Shown piece by piece: positions 50,181 through 61,363 of a stretch of 64,000 nt of DNA; the stretch's first letter is position 1; every line of letters starts with the position of its first letter. Below the pieces are notes generated by a model. It made no database searches. It saw nothing but the letters and a program-made list of their open reading frames with translations, and was not told the DNA's origin. Position numbers and translations under genes: made by a program. Origin of the DNA: Desulfatiglandales bacterium (lineage in GTDB: Bacteria; Desulfobacterota; DSM-4660; Desulfatiglandales; HGW-15); assembly GCA_963667015.2 (NCBI GenBank), contig CAXXJJ010000004.1:1120001-1184000 (forward strand), written 5' to 3'.

Positions 50181-52853
50181 ATGGCAAGGATGCTAAATAA
50201 TTCGGGACAGAATACACCTCCAAAGCCAATGGGGGAATATTCAAAAGACGCTATCAAAAAAATGGCCGTCCTTTTTACCGATATTGTCGGCTCATCTAAA
50301 TTCTTCAAGTTAAGGGGCGATTTAGAGGGCAGAAGAATGCTGAAGATCCATCAGGATCTGGCATCGCCTCTGATAAACGAGTTTGGCGGCACCGTTGTAA
50401 AAATGCTGGGCGATTCGGTTATGGCCTATTTTCTTGATCCCGAAGATGCACTCAAATCTGCAATAAAAATTCAGCAAAAATTTCAGATCTTTAATACAGG
50501 CAAAAATGGTAAAGATGAAATACATATCCGTATATGTGTTCATTATGGAGACGGTATTGTTGATGACAACGATATCTTTGGTGATGTTGTCAACATGGCT
50601 GCAAAATTTTTACCGCTTGTTGCCGGGGACGAGATTCTTATTTCCAGGGAACTGCATTCGACTATTAAAAAAATTCCGCTTGTAAAGTTTGAGAATTTTG
50701 CCGTTCCAAACAACTCAAATAATGTACTTAAAGATTTAAATCTCCTGAAAGTAATCTGGGACAGCCGGATAGAGCTTGATCCGACCATGAAAACGCTGGT
50801 TCATCTAAGGCCTGTATTCAACCTTGGAAGCAAACGTTTTGAAAACACCTGGAATAAGGTGATCGCGGAACGGGGGAAATTCTGGTCAGCAAGAACCGTT
50901 GAAAAAGAACAGATTAACAGCGACCGTTCCATAAGTCTTATTGTAAGAAAAACCGGAACTGCATGGGAAATAGCAAAATACCTTACATCACACATCCAGA
51001 CAAATATGGGGCAGGAGGCAAGCTTGTACCTGCCGCTTCAAATCATTATTGATACAGGCGCATTTATAAGGGCTGGAAAAATATCCCTGGAAAGTCTTGC
51101 GTTAGACTGGAACCGGATTGAGCCGGGTGAAACCTATATATCGGAAACAGCCTATCACCTTCTGAACAAGGAAGGGGTTTCAAATATCAGCCTGAAAAGC
51201 GGCAAAGGGGCTCATGGCGGATTTTTTACAGTATCTCAGACCAACGATAACCGAACCACTGATAATTTTTTCCGCTACCAGAATGCACTTGTTAATGGAG
51301 AGCATAATCCGTGTTTTTACTGTGGAAGCCAGTCACATGTTACAATGACATGTCCATCCAAGATGATCACGGAAATGACCGGATATGTGGAAAAGCTTGG
51401 ATACATGACACTGGAAAACATAAACAATATGTTTCTCAGCTATCTTCAGGCAGCACAGGGTGATCTGGGCAACATTGAATCCATGAGTAAAAACAGCCCG
51501 GTATATATCGCACATAATGCCTTTTATGAATTAAAAAGCACCTTTCAACTCAGGCTTTTCAGAACCATATGGAATACAAGGGAAGATCACTGGAACAGGA
51601 TCAGGATAAGCTCCGAAGAAAATGATAAAGGAGGACTGCTCTGGATTGGATTAGACTGCCTGAGGGTATCAAATCTGGAACAGGTAGAATCCATTATCGA
51701 TAGTGAAATAAAGAAAAAAAACAATGACTATAAAGTCTACTGCCTATCAGGACTTTTGTATATTGAGAATAATCAGTACAGAGCTGCAACTACAATACTT
51801 AAAAAAGCCCTGGAACTGGCAATCAAATCCCCTGAAAAAATATATATCCTTTTTCTTCTGTACCGGATACACACCCTTTTAAAAGAACAAAGCAAAGCCA
51901 AGGAAATGTTGCGAAAAATCCTGAAACTTACTCCCCATTGCACCGAAGCAAATTACCTGGATCTCATCTCCAAATTCAATAACGGCAATCTCAGTCACAA
52001 CATTGAACAGCTTGTTAAACTCATCAGAAAGAACAGGGACTATTACATAATTTCGTTAATTGATCCGGAGCTCTCAGACTATCATAAAGAGATTTCAACC
52101 AATCTTGATTATTTATTGATTGATGCAAGAGATAAGGCACAAAAATTATTGCCAGGAGCCAGGGAAGAAGTGGCTGAACTGGAAAAAATAATGGGGAAGG
52201 ATCCCGAGGAAATACAGGAAGCAAATACACAGATATCCAAAATGGAACAACTCATTAAAACGAACAGTTACTTCGGTTATCTTGATGTTATACACTACAG
52301 CGAAGATATATATAACCTTGGGAACAGGATCGTCAAAAACCGTGAGATAAAGCTCTCTAAAATTGAAGACGGCATGAGGCAGTTGATAGAAAGATGTAAT
52401 AATTATATCGAGCTTATACCCTACAGGTTTATGGTAAGACCGGCAGCCCATAAACTGAATATAATAAAGAACAGCATTGATTCTACACGTGATCGGATTA
52501 AAAATCAGGGAGCAAAAGAGTTTCGGGAGACGCTGAACAAACTGAAGGAATTCTCAAAGGAATTAATAGATCTGGAGCATAAGTTGAGACGTAAGGACGC
52601 TCAAGCCCAGTTTTTAGGATTTTTATCAAAATTCCTGAAGAAAAATCTTATATTTCAAACCATAAACCTGGTAATCGGACTGATTATACCGCCTATATTG
52701 CTCCATTATCTCAACCTGGTTTTCCCGGATTTAAGCCTGACAGAAGACGGGATGTGGCATTACCAGAAGGTACTTATAATCCTGGGAGGGATAACAGGAA
52801 TAATACTTTCCAGCCTTACATCGCAGAAAAACAATACCAGACAGAAATATTAA
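50181..52853 (+). CDS. class III adenylate/guanylate cyclase with CCHC zinc knuckle, TPR-like repeats and C-terminal TMs
   Basis: LFTDIVGSS, KMLGDSVM, DIFGDVVNMAAK; CFYCGSQSHVTMTC. Confidence 0.8.
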   Translation: MARMLNNSGQNTPPKPMGEYSKDAIKKMAVLFTDIVGSSKFFKLRGDLEGRRMLKIHQDLASPLINEFGGTVVKMLGDSVMAYFLDPEDALKSAIKIQQKFQIFNTGKNGKDEIHIRICVHYGDGIVDDNDIFGDVVNMAAKFLPLVAGDEILISRELHSTIKKIPLVKFENFAVPNNSNNVLKDLNLLKVIWDSRIELDPTMKTLVHLRPVFNLGSKRFENTWNKVIAERGKFWSARTVEKEQINSDRSISLIVRKTGTAWEIAKYLTSHIQTNMGQEASLYLPLQIIIDTGAFIRAGKISLESLALDWNRIEPGETYISETAYHLLNKEGVSNISLKSGKGAHGGFFTVSQTNDNRTTDNFFRYQNALVNGEHNPCFYCGSQSHVTMTCPSKMITEMTGYVEKLGYMTLENINNMFLSYLQAAQGDLGNIESMSKNSPVYIAHNAFYELKSTFQLRLFRTIWNTREDHWNRIRISSEENDKGGLLWIGLDCLRVSNLEQVESIIDSEIKKKNNDYKVYCLSGLLYIENNQYRAATTILKKALELAIKSPEKIYILFLLYRIHTLLKEQSKAKEMLRKILKLTPHCTEANYLDLISKFNNGNLSHNIEQLVKLIRKNRDYYIISLIDPELSDYHKEISTNLDYLLIDARDKAQKLLPGAREEVAELEKIMGKDPEEIQEANTQISKMEQLIKTNSYFGYLDVIHYSEDIYNLGNRIVKNREIKLSKIEDGMRQLIERCNNYIELIPYRFMVRPAAHKLNIIKNSIDSTRDRIKNQGAKEFRETLNKLKEFSKELIDLEHKLRRKDAQAQFLGFLSKFLKKNLIFQTINLVIGLIIPPILLHYLNLVFPDLSLTEDGMWHYQKVLIILGGITGIILSSLTSQKNNTRQKY

Positions 52854-53299
52854 ACAGTCAGCAGTCCGGTTTCCTGTACATAACGGGCTGAAAAATAGGC
52901 ACCCTTCCCTGTAAACATATTACAGTTTGCAAAGATATAATCTGCCACTTCTCTTCTCTTAAATTCAGAAAGGCTGTTAAACCTTTCCAGGAACAGCGTA
53001 TTATCTGCAAGGGTTGAAAGGGCTTCCCATATCTCCCTGGGAGATGAGTCATCATCAATACCCAAAACGCTCTGGCTGATTTTTTCCTCATTACTGGATT
53101 TAAGCTTCTCCTGGATATCAGCCAGTTCGTTCTTTAATAAATTTATCTCTGCCTGAAGCTCATCGTGTGAAAGTAATTGTGTAACAGAGCATATGGTCTC
53201 ATAATGACTGATTTTCAATTTTATCCCCAGAGAAAATGTCGGGGGCGAATCCTTGCTCTCTTTGATTCCGGGTATTATTTCAAAAATATTGGACATCAC
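52850..53299 (-). CDS. hypothetical protein
   Basis: 149-aa ORF downstream of mgtE, GAGG RBS. Confidence 0.65.
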   Translation of the reverse strand: MMSNIFEIIPGIKESKDSPPTFSLGIKLKISHYETICSVTQLLSHDELQAEINLLKNELADIQEKLKSSNEEKISQSVLGIDDDSSPREIWEALSTLADNTLFLERFNSLSEFKRREVADYIFANCNMFTGKGAYFSARYVQETGLLTV

Positions 53300-53336
53300 C
53301 TGTCACCTCTGCTTTCAATTAATATCCTTCAGACAA

Positions 53337-54692
53337 TTAAAGGAAGGTTGTAACCAGACTGAGATAAATAAGAAGACTCAATATATCGTTTGACGTGGTT
53401 ACAAAAGGGCCTGTGGCAAGAGCCGGGTCAATATTCATTCGTTTGAGCGCCAGCGGAACCGCGGCTCCTATGAAACCTGAAATAAGAATAATTATCATAA
53501 GTGAAATGGATATTACACATCCAAGACCTATATTATCTTTCCATAAGTATACCACTACCCCAAGAAGTACGCCGCAGATCAGTCCGTTCGCTATCGCTAC
53601 CTTCATCTCTACCCATAATCTTTTCCAGACATTCACAAGACTTATATCGCCTGTAGCAAGACCTCTAACCGCCACTGTTGCCGCCTGAGTCCCGGTGTTG
53701 CCACCCATAGCCATAATAACAGGAAAGAAAAAGGCAAGTACAATCGATTTTTCCAGGGAATGCTCAAATGAGTTAATTACCAGGGCAGCCATAATTCCAC
53801 CAAAAAGACCTGCGATTAACCATGGAAGCCTTGCCCTTGATATTTTAATATAGGACTCTTCAGTGATTTCCTGGTGCATAACACCGCCCATGAAAGAGAT
53901 ATCCTCATCAGCCTCTTCCTCAAGTACATCGATAATGTCATCATGGGTAATACGCCCTACAAGCCGGTTGTATTCGTCTACAACAGGTATGGAAACAAGG
54001 TCATATTTTTTAACAAGCTGGGCGACTTCCTCCTGGTCCCGGTATACGTCCACCGATATAACTTCGGTCTTCATGATATCGCTTATCAGCCTGCTTGACG
54101 GTTCAAGGACCAGATCCTTTAATGAAACAACTCCGACCAGTTTTTCAAAATCATCCACTACCCAGAGATAATAGAGTTTTTCAACCTCTTCTCTCTTTTC
54201 CTTTATAATATCTATAGCTTCCTGGATAGTGCAATGCTCATTGACTGCAACATATTCAAGCGCCATGATTCCGCCGGCGCTTTCTTCATCAAATGGCAGC
54301 AGCTTTTCCAGCTCTTCTGTGACGTTATCTTCGAGGGTTTTAATTATATCCTTTGCCCTGTCTGCAGGGAGGTCCCCTACAAGGTCAGCAGCATCATCCG
54401 AATCAAGTTCCTGAACAATTTCCGTGATTGCCCGGTTATCGAGGTCGCTTAAAATCCTTTCCTGTACAGGGGCCTCTATTTCTACCAGTACCTCCCCTGC
54501 GCCTTCAGGCTCCAGCATTTCAAAAAGATAAAGTCTTTCTTCAGGTTTAAGATGTTCAATAAGATCTGCCAGATCTGCTGCACGCAGTTTATCGATCAGT
54601 TTTGACAGGTATTTACTTTTATTATCGCTGATCGAGTTTTTAACTTCGTGAATGAGCTTTTCATCTACTATGTTTGCCTGTGTAGCTTTCAA
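53337..54692 (-). CDS. mgtE: magnesium transporter MgtE
   Basis: N domain, CBS pair, RLPWL, MGGNTGTQ, DPALATGPFVTT. Confidence 0.93.
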   Translation of the reverse strand: MKATQANIVDEKLIHEVKNSISDNKSKYLSKLIDKLRAADLADLIEHLKPEERLYLFEMLEPEGAGEVLVEIEAPVQERILSDLDNRAITEIVQELDSDDAADLVGDLPADRAKDIIKTLEDNVTEELEKLLPFDEESAGGIMALEYVAVNEHCTIQEAIDIIKEKREEVEKLYYLWVVDDFEKLVGVVSLKDLVLEPSSRLISDIMKTEVISVDVYRDQEEVAQLVKKYDLVSIPVVDEYNRLVGRITHDDIIDVLEEEADEDISFMGGVMHQEITEESYIKISRARLPWLIAGLFGGIMAALVINSFEHSLEKSIVLAFFFPVIMAMGGNTGTQAATVAVRGLATGDISLVNVWKRLWVEMKVAIANGLICGVLLGVVVYLWKDNIGLGCVISISLMIIILISGFIGAAVPLALKRMNIDPALATGPFVTTSNDILSLLIYLSLVTTFL

Positions 54693-54717
54693 AACATCTC
54701 CTGCAATCCATTAAATT

Positions 54718-55737
54718 TTAAATTTCCTTTAACCTGGTAATTATAAACTGTTCATATTCCCTGCCTTCAGGGACCTCTTTTACAATGTTAGCCAGTGGTA
54801 TTTCAGCCCTGGCCGCGCTCTTATGGCCGCCTGCCGATCCATATTCTCCAAAGAGTTTATTTGCAATCGTCCCTGCATCCAGCCTGAACCCTGCATTTCT
54901 GAAGATTATGACCAGTTTTTTACCGCTTATTCCGGCAGCGACAGCCCATGTCATTTCAGCCATTTTCAGAAAAAAATCTGCCATTAAGACAAGAATATCA
55001 GGATTACTGACATTGCCCATCGGGATAAACACCTTATCCTTAACAAAGATGAGGTTGTTCATGGCAGTCCTGAAATTCTGTAATGTATTTTTATTCAGTT
55101 CGGATGATTCAATTTTTTTAATGATGTTCACATTAACGAATTGAAAGAGATATCTGAAGGCATTTATATCGCCGGGTACTGAGTCTCTCACAAAGTTGTC
55201 TGTATCCGTCTTTATCCCATAAAAAAGAGCCGTAGCAAGCCTTGGTGATGGTTTGATACCCGAAGCCCTTAAATATTCTGTCATGATGGAAGATGTTGCG
55301 CCGTATTCCTCTTTCACTTCAAGAAAGGCTGCCTGAGACTGGGGAGCAAACGGATGATGATCTATAATAATATCATAGGTGTATTTGCTTAAAAGATCGT
55401 TATGAGAAGGCTGGGAATCAACTATGGCAAATTTTGTAAAATTCTGGGGTTTCAGCTTCCGGATATGTTTTAGATCCAGTTTCAACAGGTTTATCATAGA
55501 AAGGTTATCTGCCCTTTTAATTACATTGGTATGATAAATGCTGGTTTTCCTGACTCTTCGCCAGAAAAGTCTTTTCAGTGCCATTGCACTGGCCATTGCG
55601 TCAGGATCTGCGGTGATAATTATTGCAAGGGCATCATCATGAGAAACTGTATCCATGAGCAATTTCACTTTCTCGCTCAGGGGAGTTGATTTTGGAAACG
55701 GACTTTCCATTTTACCGGGTAATTTATTGTTGGACAT
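54718..55737 (-). CDS. DHH/DHHA1 family phosphoesterase
   Basis: ADPDA, IVDSQ, IIDHH, GIKTDT, GGH. Confidence 0.9.
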   Translation of the reverse strand: MSNNKLPGKMESPFPKSTPLSEKVKLLMDTVSHDDALAIIITADPDAMASAMALKRLFWRRVRKTSIYHTNVIKRADNLSMINLLKLDLKHIRKLKPQNFTKFAIVDSQPSHNDLLSKYTYDIIIDHHPFAPQSQAAFLEVKEEYGATSSIMTEYLRASGIKPSPRLATALFYGIKTDTDNFVRDSVPGDINAFRYLFQFVNVNIIKKIESSELNKNTLQNFRTAMNNLIFVKDKVFIPMGNVSNPDILVLMADFFLKMAEMTWAVAAGISGKKLVIIFRNAGFRLDAGTIANKLFGEYGSAGGHKSAARAEIPLANIVKEVPEGREYEQFIITRLKEI

Positions 55738-55870
55738 TGTCTTATTTTCAGGTATTTATTTATACTGGTTCCATAACTACTGTTATTGGATACTAACTTA
55801 ATCCAAGGTTACTGAAATATCAATGTTTTAATGGTCTGCAGGTCAACCCAGAACCATATAAGGGAAGGAT

Positions 55871-56200
55871 ATGAAAAAATATATTACTGCTACAATCGGT
55901 TCAGCCGTTATTGTTCCGGGATTCGGTCAGGTATTAAATGGGCAGATAAAAAAAGGCCTTATACTTATGGCGAGTGTGTTTCTTCTTATTATTGGAGGAG
56001 CAGCAAAACTAATACAGATTTTTTTACCGGTAATAAATTCCGGCCAAATCAACATGGAAGAGATTCTTTCAGGTATCGATTTTATGGACATTTTAATACT
56101 GAGGATTATTTTAATACTTTTACTGGCAGTATGGATATACTCAATAATTGATGCATGTATTAATGGGATAAGGATAGAAAGAGAAAGGAAGCAGGATTAA
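55871..56200 (+). CDS. small membrane protein
   Basis: VPGFGQVLNGQ.KKG motif, TM helices, WIYSIIDA. Confidence 0.7.
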   Translation: MKKYITATIGSAVIVPGFGQVLNGQIKKGLILMASVFLLIIGGAAKLIQIFLPVINSGQINMEEILSGIDFMDILILRIILILLLAVWIYSIIDACINGIRIERERKQD

Positions 56201-56532
56201 TGAAGAGTTATTTTTTGGATGAAATATCAGCCCCGGATCTGGATAAAATTACAGGATACCTTAATGAAAACGCTATTGAATCAGCAATGGAAAAATTATT
56301 CTGGATTGAGATGCCTTTGGATTGCCTGACAGGGCTGCAATCGGAACATTCTGACTGCAGGCCGCACAGATTTGCCATTGAAACAGGGGATACCTGGATC
56401 AGGGCAGAATTTTTTGTCCGGACATCAGTAAAATTCAGATGTGACTGTAATGGATACTGTAATGACAGCCAGAAAAAATTTATAATGGACTATATAGATA
56501 ACATGATAGAAAAACTGGGTATCCGGACATAG
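56200..56532 (+). CDS. hypothetical protein
   Basis: Coupled by TAATG overlap; Cys-containing (CRPH, CDCNGY). Confidence 0.7.
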   Translation: MKSYFLDEISAPDLDKITGYLNENAIESAMEKLFWIEMPLDCLTGLQSEHSDCRPHRFAIETGDTWIRAEFFVRTSVKFRCDCNGYCNDSQKKFIMDYIDNMIEKLGIRT

Positions 56533-56578
56533 CCAGTTTCAATAGATTTTTATGTACAGTAATTAAACGGGGTAATTA

Positions 56579-56989
56579 TTATATTATCTCTTCATTTTTA
56601 TTAAACATAATATCGCTGATTTTATCTTTTATCTTGCCGGAGATAACCTCGTCACCGAGAAGCCCTACTCTGATTGTCACTTCGGTTTCCTCCAGGGATA
56701 CATACTTCACGGACAATTTAATTTTTTCATTAATCGATCCTGCGGTAGAAATTTTCCCTGAGGTCATTTTCCGTTGTCTTTCATATACCTGGTAATCCAG
56801 CTTTTCCAGGGCAGATACTGATGCGTCCCATGTTTTGTCAAAAGGAGCCTTGTAAATAACAATTAAAGAGCTATTAATATACTTATAGCCACTCACACCA
56901 ATCGCTGCTCCTCCTATAAATGCCACAGGAGCACAGCCGGTAAAAACGCAGGAAATCAGAATTGCCGCTATAATAAATTTTTTTAACAT
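56579..56989 (-). CDS. DUF3568-like lipoprotein
   Basis: MLKKFIIAAILISCVFTGC lipobox; IRVGLLGDE. Confidence 0.7.
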   Translation of the reverse strand: MLKKFIIAAILISCVFTGCAPVAFIGGAAIGVSGYKYINSSLIVIYKAPFDKTWDASVSALEKLDYQVYERQRKMTSGKISTAGSINEKIKLSVKYVSLEETEVTIRVGLLGDEVISGKIKDKISDIMFNKNEEII

Positions 56990-57196
56990 TATCTTTTCTC
57001 CTATAGATTCTTTTGAAGACAGGATTTGGAAATTTATTTTCTGGGAATATAGATAATAGTTCTGCAAATCGATGTCAATATATGTATTATCATTTTAAAT
57101 TAAAGTATTAATACCTTTTTAGTATCATATTGGTTTGACTTGGATTATCTCTTTTGGTAATCAAGGCCTATATTTGTTCACGGAGGAATACTTAGT

Positions 57197-59992
57197 ATGG
57201 ACTATAAAACAACCCTGAATTTGCCAAAGACCGATTTTCCCATGAAGGCCAACCTTGTTAACAAGGAGCCCGAGATAATCAACAGATGGAAATCAGAAGG
57301 TCTCTACAATATTATCAGGCAGCAGTCTCAGGACAGAAAAAAATACATGCTTCATGACGGCCCGCCATATGCCAATGGAAATATCCATATGGGCCATGCA
57401 CTGAATAAGATATTAAAGGATATAATCATTAAATCAAAACAGATGTCCGGTTTTGATGCGCCCTATGTTCCCGGATGGGACTGCCATGGACTGCCAATCG
57501 AACACAAGGTGGATAAGGAACTGGGAAAAAAGAAAAGGGAAATGACCCAGGTTGAGATCAGGAAGTTCTGCAGAAAATATGCTGAGCGATATGTAAATAT
57601 CCAGAAGGAGGAGTTTGCACGCCTTGGCGTAATGGGAGAATGGGATGATCCTTACCTTACAATGAACTATGATTATGAAGCAACCACAGTAAGGGAATTC
57701 GGAAAGTTTGCACTTAATGGCGGGTTACACCGAAGTAAAAAACCGGTCTACTGGTGCAATTCATGCGGAACAGCCCTTGCCGAGGCGGAAGTTGAATATG
57801 AAGATCATAAATCTCCTTCAATATATGTAAAATTCCCGGTGGTCTCGGATATTTCACAGGTGCTGCCTTCATTAAAGGGTAAAAAGGTCTTTTTCGTCAT
57901 ATGGACAACCACACCATGGACCATACCCGCAAACCTGGGAATCGCCCTTAACCCCGAATATGAATATGTTGCGGCAGAAGTTAACGGGGAGGTTCTTATA
58001 CTGGCGGAAGGCCTTTTTAATGTCTGCATGGAGTCATTTGGAATTGAAGAATATACCATAATAGAAAAATTTAATTCCAGGCCACTGGAAAACCAGAAGG
58101 CCAGCCATCCTCTTTATGACCGTGAATCACTGGTTGTAATGGCGGATTATGTGACCCTGGAAGCCGGTACAGGATGCGTCCATACTGCACCAGGCCATGG
58201 CCGCGAGGACTATGAGACAGGTTTAAGATATGGCCTTGAGGTTTATTCACCGGTTGATGACTCCGGTCACTTCACTGATGATGTGGAGTTTTTTGCAGGA
58301 AAGGAGGTATTTTCCGGAAATGATGATGTGATAGAAAAACTCCGGGAAATAGGCGCCCTTATCAAGGTAGAATCAATAAGCCATGAGTATCCCCATTGCT
58401 GGAGATGTAAACGTCCGGTAATATTCAGGGCAACCGAGCAGTGGTTTATCTCCATGGAAAAGAATGACCTGAGAAAAAAGGCACTTGAAGAGATAAAAAA
58501 GGTTAAATGGATCCCGGCATGGGGGGAGGACCGCATCTCCCTGATGATTGCCAATCGACCGGACTGGTGCATATCCAGGCAAAGGGCCTGGGGAGTTCCC
58601 ATTACCGTTTTGACCTGCGAGGATTGCGGGCAGATGGTCATGTCACAGGAAATTATCGATCATGTTGTAAGCCTTGTAGAAAAGGAAGGTGCGGACGTAT
58701 GGTTTTCGGAACCTGAAGAAAATCTCGTTCCTCCAGGGACAAAATGCCCCGGATGCAATGGAAATAAATTCAAGAAGGAAACTGATATACTGGATGTGTG
58801 GTTTGACTCAGGCGTGAGCCATGCAGCGGTGCTGGAGCACAGAGGACATTTATCCAGCCCTGCAGACCTTTACCTTGAAGGAAGCGACCAGCATCGTGGA
58901 TGGTTTCACAGCTCTCTCCTTTGTTCAACAGGTACCAGAGGTGTTGCTCCATATAAAAGCGTTCTTACACACGGCTTTGTTGTTGACGGCAAGGGAAAGG
59001 CAATGCATAAATCCGCAGGCAATGTAGTTGCTCCGGAATCACTGATCAAAAAATATGGTGCGGAGATACTTCGTTTATGGGTTGCAGGCGAGGATTACCG
59101 GGATAATATAAAGGTATCAAACGAAATAATGCAGCGTCTTACAGAGGCCTACAGGCGCATCAGAAACACATGCAGGTTTCTCCTCGGTAATCTTGACGGA
59201 TTTAACCCTGAAAATGACAGGGTGCCCTGTGATGAAATGATGGAACTTGACAGATGGGCTCTTCACAGGCTTCAGGAAGTCAATGAAAGGATCTTAAAAG
59301 CGTATGATACATTTGAGTTTCATGTAATATATCATACTCTTCATAACTTCTGTGTAATAGATCTTTCATCCTTTTATCTTGATATTATAAAGGACCGGCT
59401 CTATGTATCTCCTCCCGGATCACTGGCAAGAAGATCAGCCCAGACAGCAATGCAGGAGATCCTTGAGGTCATCGTAAGACTTATGGCACCTGTTTTGTCA
59501 TTTACAGCAGATGAAATCTGGCAGCACATGATGAAGACAGATTCATTCACAAGTGTTCACACCAGCATGTTTATACCGGTAAAGGAAGAATATAAGGATA
59601 AAATGCTGGCCGAGCGCTGGGATAAGATACTGAAGCTGAGGAAGGAAGTCACCAAGGCCCTTGAACTGGCAAGGACAAACAAGCTGATAGGTCATTCGCT
59701 CAATGCCTCTGTAACCCTTGAACTGCCGGAAGACCTTAAGGTACTGCTTGCTCCCTACATGAATGAACTGCATTCGATCTTTATTGTCTCATCAGTAGAA
59801 TCTGCTCCGGTTGATGGTGAAGGCAGCTATTTAAGTGAGGAAATTGAAGGTTTAAAGATAAAGGTTGAATCATCTTCAGATGAAAAATGCGAAAGATGCT
59901 GGATGCATGCCTCCACAGTTGGAAATTACAGCGATCATCCCGGTATTTGTGAAAGATGCTATGAAGCGCTTAAGCAAATGGGGGGGATTTAA
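57197..59992 (+). CDS. ileS: isoleucine--tRNA ligase
   Basis: HDGPPYANG.IHMGH, DWCISRQR, AMHKS (KMSKS variant), C-terminal Zn finger CERCW. Confidence 0.97.
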   Translation: MDYKTTLNLPKTDFPMKANLVNKEPEIINRWKSEGLYNIIRQQSQDRKKYMLHDGPPYANGNIHMGHALNKILKDIIIKSKQMSGFDAPYVPGWDCHGLPIEHKVDKELGKKKREMTQVEIRKFCRKYAERYVNIQKEEFARLGVMGEWDDPYLTMNYDYEATTVREFGKFALNGGLHRSKKPVYWCNSCGTALAEAEVEYEDHKSPSIYVKFPVVSDISQVLPSLKGKKVFFVIWTTTPWTIPANLGIALNPEYEYVAAEVNGEVLILAEGLFNVCMESFGIEEYTIIEKFNSRPLENQKASHPLYDRESLVVMADYVTLEAGTGCVHTAPGHGREDYETGLRYGLEVYSPVDDSGHFTDDVEFFAGKEVFSGNDDVIEKLREIGALIKVESISHEYPHCWRCKRPVIFRATEQWFISMEKNDLRKKALEEIKKVKWIPAWGEDRISLMIANRPDWCISRQRAWGVPITVLTCEDCGQMVMSQEIIDHVVSLVEKEGADVWFSEPEENLVPPGTKCPGCNGNKFKKETDILDVWFDSGVSHAAVLEHRGHLSSPADLYLEGSDQHRGWFHSSLLCSTGTRGVAPYKSVLTHGFVVDGKGKAMHKSAGNVVAPESLIKKYGAEILRLWVAGEDYRDNIKVSNEIMQRLTEAYRRIRNTCRFLLGNLDGFNPENDRVPCDEMMELDRWALHRLQEVNERILKAYDTFEFHVIYHTLHNFCVIDLSSFYLDIIKDRLYVSPPGSLARRSAQTAMQEILEVIVRLMAPVLSFTADEIWQHMMKTDSFTSVHTSMFIPVKEEYKDKMLAERWDKILKLRKEVTKALELARTNKLIGHSLNASVTLELPEDLKVLLAPYMNELHSIFIVSSVESAPVDGEGSYLSEEIEGLKIKVESSSDEKCERCWMHASTVGNYSDHPGICERCYEALKQMGGI

Positions 59993-60474
59993 TGGTAAAA
60001 CGAAATTGGGGATTGTTTTCTCTGATAATTATCCTGGCTGCCATTCTTGACCAGGTTACAAAATTACTCGTTTTATCAAATGTAGATTTACATAGTTCTG
60101 TCCCGGTAATCTCCGGTTTCTTTAATATTGTTCATACAAGGAACCGGGGAATGGCCTTTGGGTTATTCAATAACCCCGGACCGGCCTTTTATTTTCTTAC
60201 AGGCCTGTCCGTTCTGGCAGTAGTGCTGATACTGTTCTGGTTTTTCAGGCTCAGGGAAAATGAAAAATCGCTTACGCCAGGACTGGCATTAATCCTGGGA
60301 GGCGCGCTTGGAAATATTATCGATCGCTTTCGTATCGGCGAAGTAATCGACTTTCTGGATGTCCAGATAGGCTCATATCACTGGCCGGCGTTTAATATCG
60401 CTGACTCATGTATTTCTATCGGAACCATATGGGTTATTATCTGTCTGCTGTTTTTCATAACCCCTGATAAATAA
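59992..60474 (+). CDS. lspA: signal peptidase II
   Basis: LDQVTK, N.GMAFG, GNIIDR, VIDF, FNIADS; follows ileS. Confidence 0.95.
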   Translation: MVKRNWGLFSLIIILAAILDQVTKLLVLSNVDLHSSVPVISGFFNIVHTRNRGMAFGLFNNPGPAFYFLTGLSVLAVVLILFWFFRLRENEKSLTPGLALILGGALGNIIDRFRIGEVIDFLDVQIGSYHWPAFNIADSCISIGTIWVIICLLFFITPDK

Positions 60475-60501
60475 TTTTTAAAATTACAAGGCGGCTCTAA
60501 A

Positions 60502-61266
60502 ATGCACCCTGATCTTTTTAGTATTGGCCCTTTAACACTGCACACATATGGACTTTTTGTTGCCCTCGGATTTATTGCAGGTATTCTGATTACTATCAAA
60601 TTGGGAAAATCCATGAAAATCCCATCCAACAGTGTAATGGATATGGGTTTCATAATAATTCTCAGCGGTTTGGCAGGTTCAAGATTAATCTATATTATTA
60701 TCAATTTTTCACATTATGTTGCGAATCCACTGGATATAATAAAGCTCTGGCAGGGAGGGCTTGTTTTTAATGGTGGGCTTGTTGCCGTGATAATTGTTCT
60801 GTTTCTGTATGCAAGACATCACAGGCTTAATATCTGGACTCTGGGAGACCTTTGGTCACCGGCGGCAACGATCGGGCAGGCAATAGGACGGATAGGCTGT
60901 TTTTTTGCAGGCTGCTGCTACGGAAAACCTACTGATGTTCCATGGGCGGTTATATTTACAAATCCCAAGAGCATAGCAACCTTAAACATTCCCATTCATC
61001 CTACGCAGATCTATTCATCCTTAAGCAGTTTTATCATATTTATCATATTGATGATACTTCACTCAAAAAAGAAATTTGAGGGACAGGTGTTTCTGTGGTT
61101 TCTGATTCTTCACAGTACAGCAAGACTTTTTTTAGAGAGATTCAGGGGCGATTCAAGGGGTACCATAATAACAAATGACCTGACCATGACCCAGTTTATT
61201 GCAATGTTGATATTGATCGGGGCGGTAACCGCACTTTTTATATTTAAACCAAAGGATAAAAAATAA
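60502..61266 (+). CDS. lgt: prolipoprotein diacylglyceryl transferase
   Basis: WQGGL, GRIGCFFAGCCYG, HPTQIY. Confidence 0.93.
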   Translation: MHPDLFSIGPLTLHTYGLFVALGFIAGILITIKLGKSMKIPSNSVMDMGFIIILSGLAGSRLIYIIINFSHYVANPLDIIKLWQGGLVFNGGLVAVIIVLFLYARHHRLNIWTLGDLWSPAATIGQAIGRIGCFFAGCCYGKPTDVPWAVIFTNPKSIATLNIPIHPTQIYSSLSSFIIFIILMILHSKKKFEGQVFLWFLILHSTARLFLERFRGDSRGTIITNDLTMTQFIAMLILIGAVTALFIFKPKDKK

Positions 61267-61284
61267 AATTCTCACCACCAAGAG

Positions 61285-61363
61285 CGTAGAGAACACGGAG
61301 AAAAACAAAAGCCTAAAAATATATCTCTCGCAGAGCCCGCAGAGAACACAGAGAACACAGAGA
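61285..61363 (+). repeat. 9-nt periodic intergenic repeat (CACAGAGAA-like)
   Basis: CGCAGAGCC CGCAGAGAA CACAGAGAA CACAGAGAA, plus an upstream CGTAGAGAA CACGGAGAA. Confidence 0.6.
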
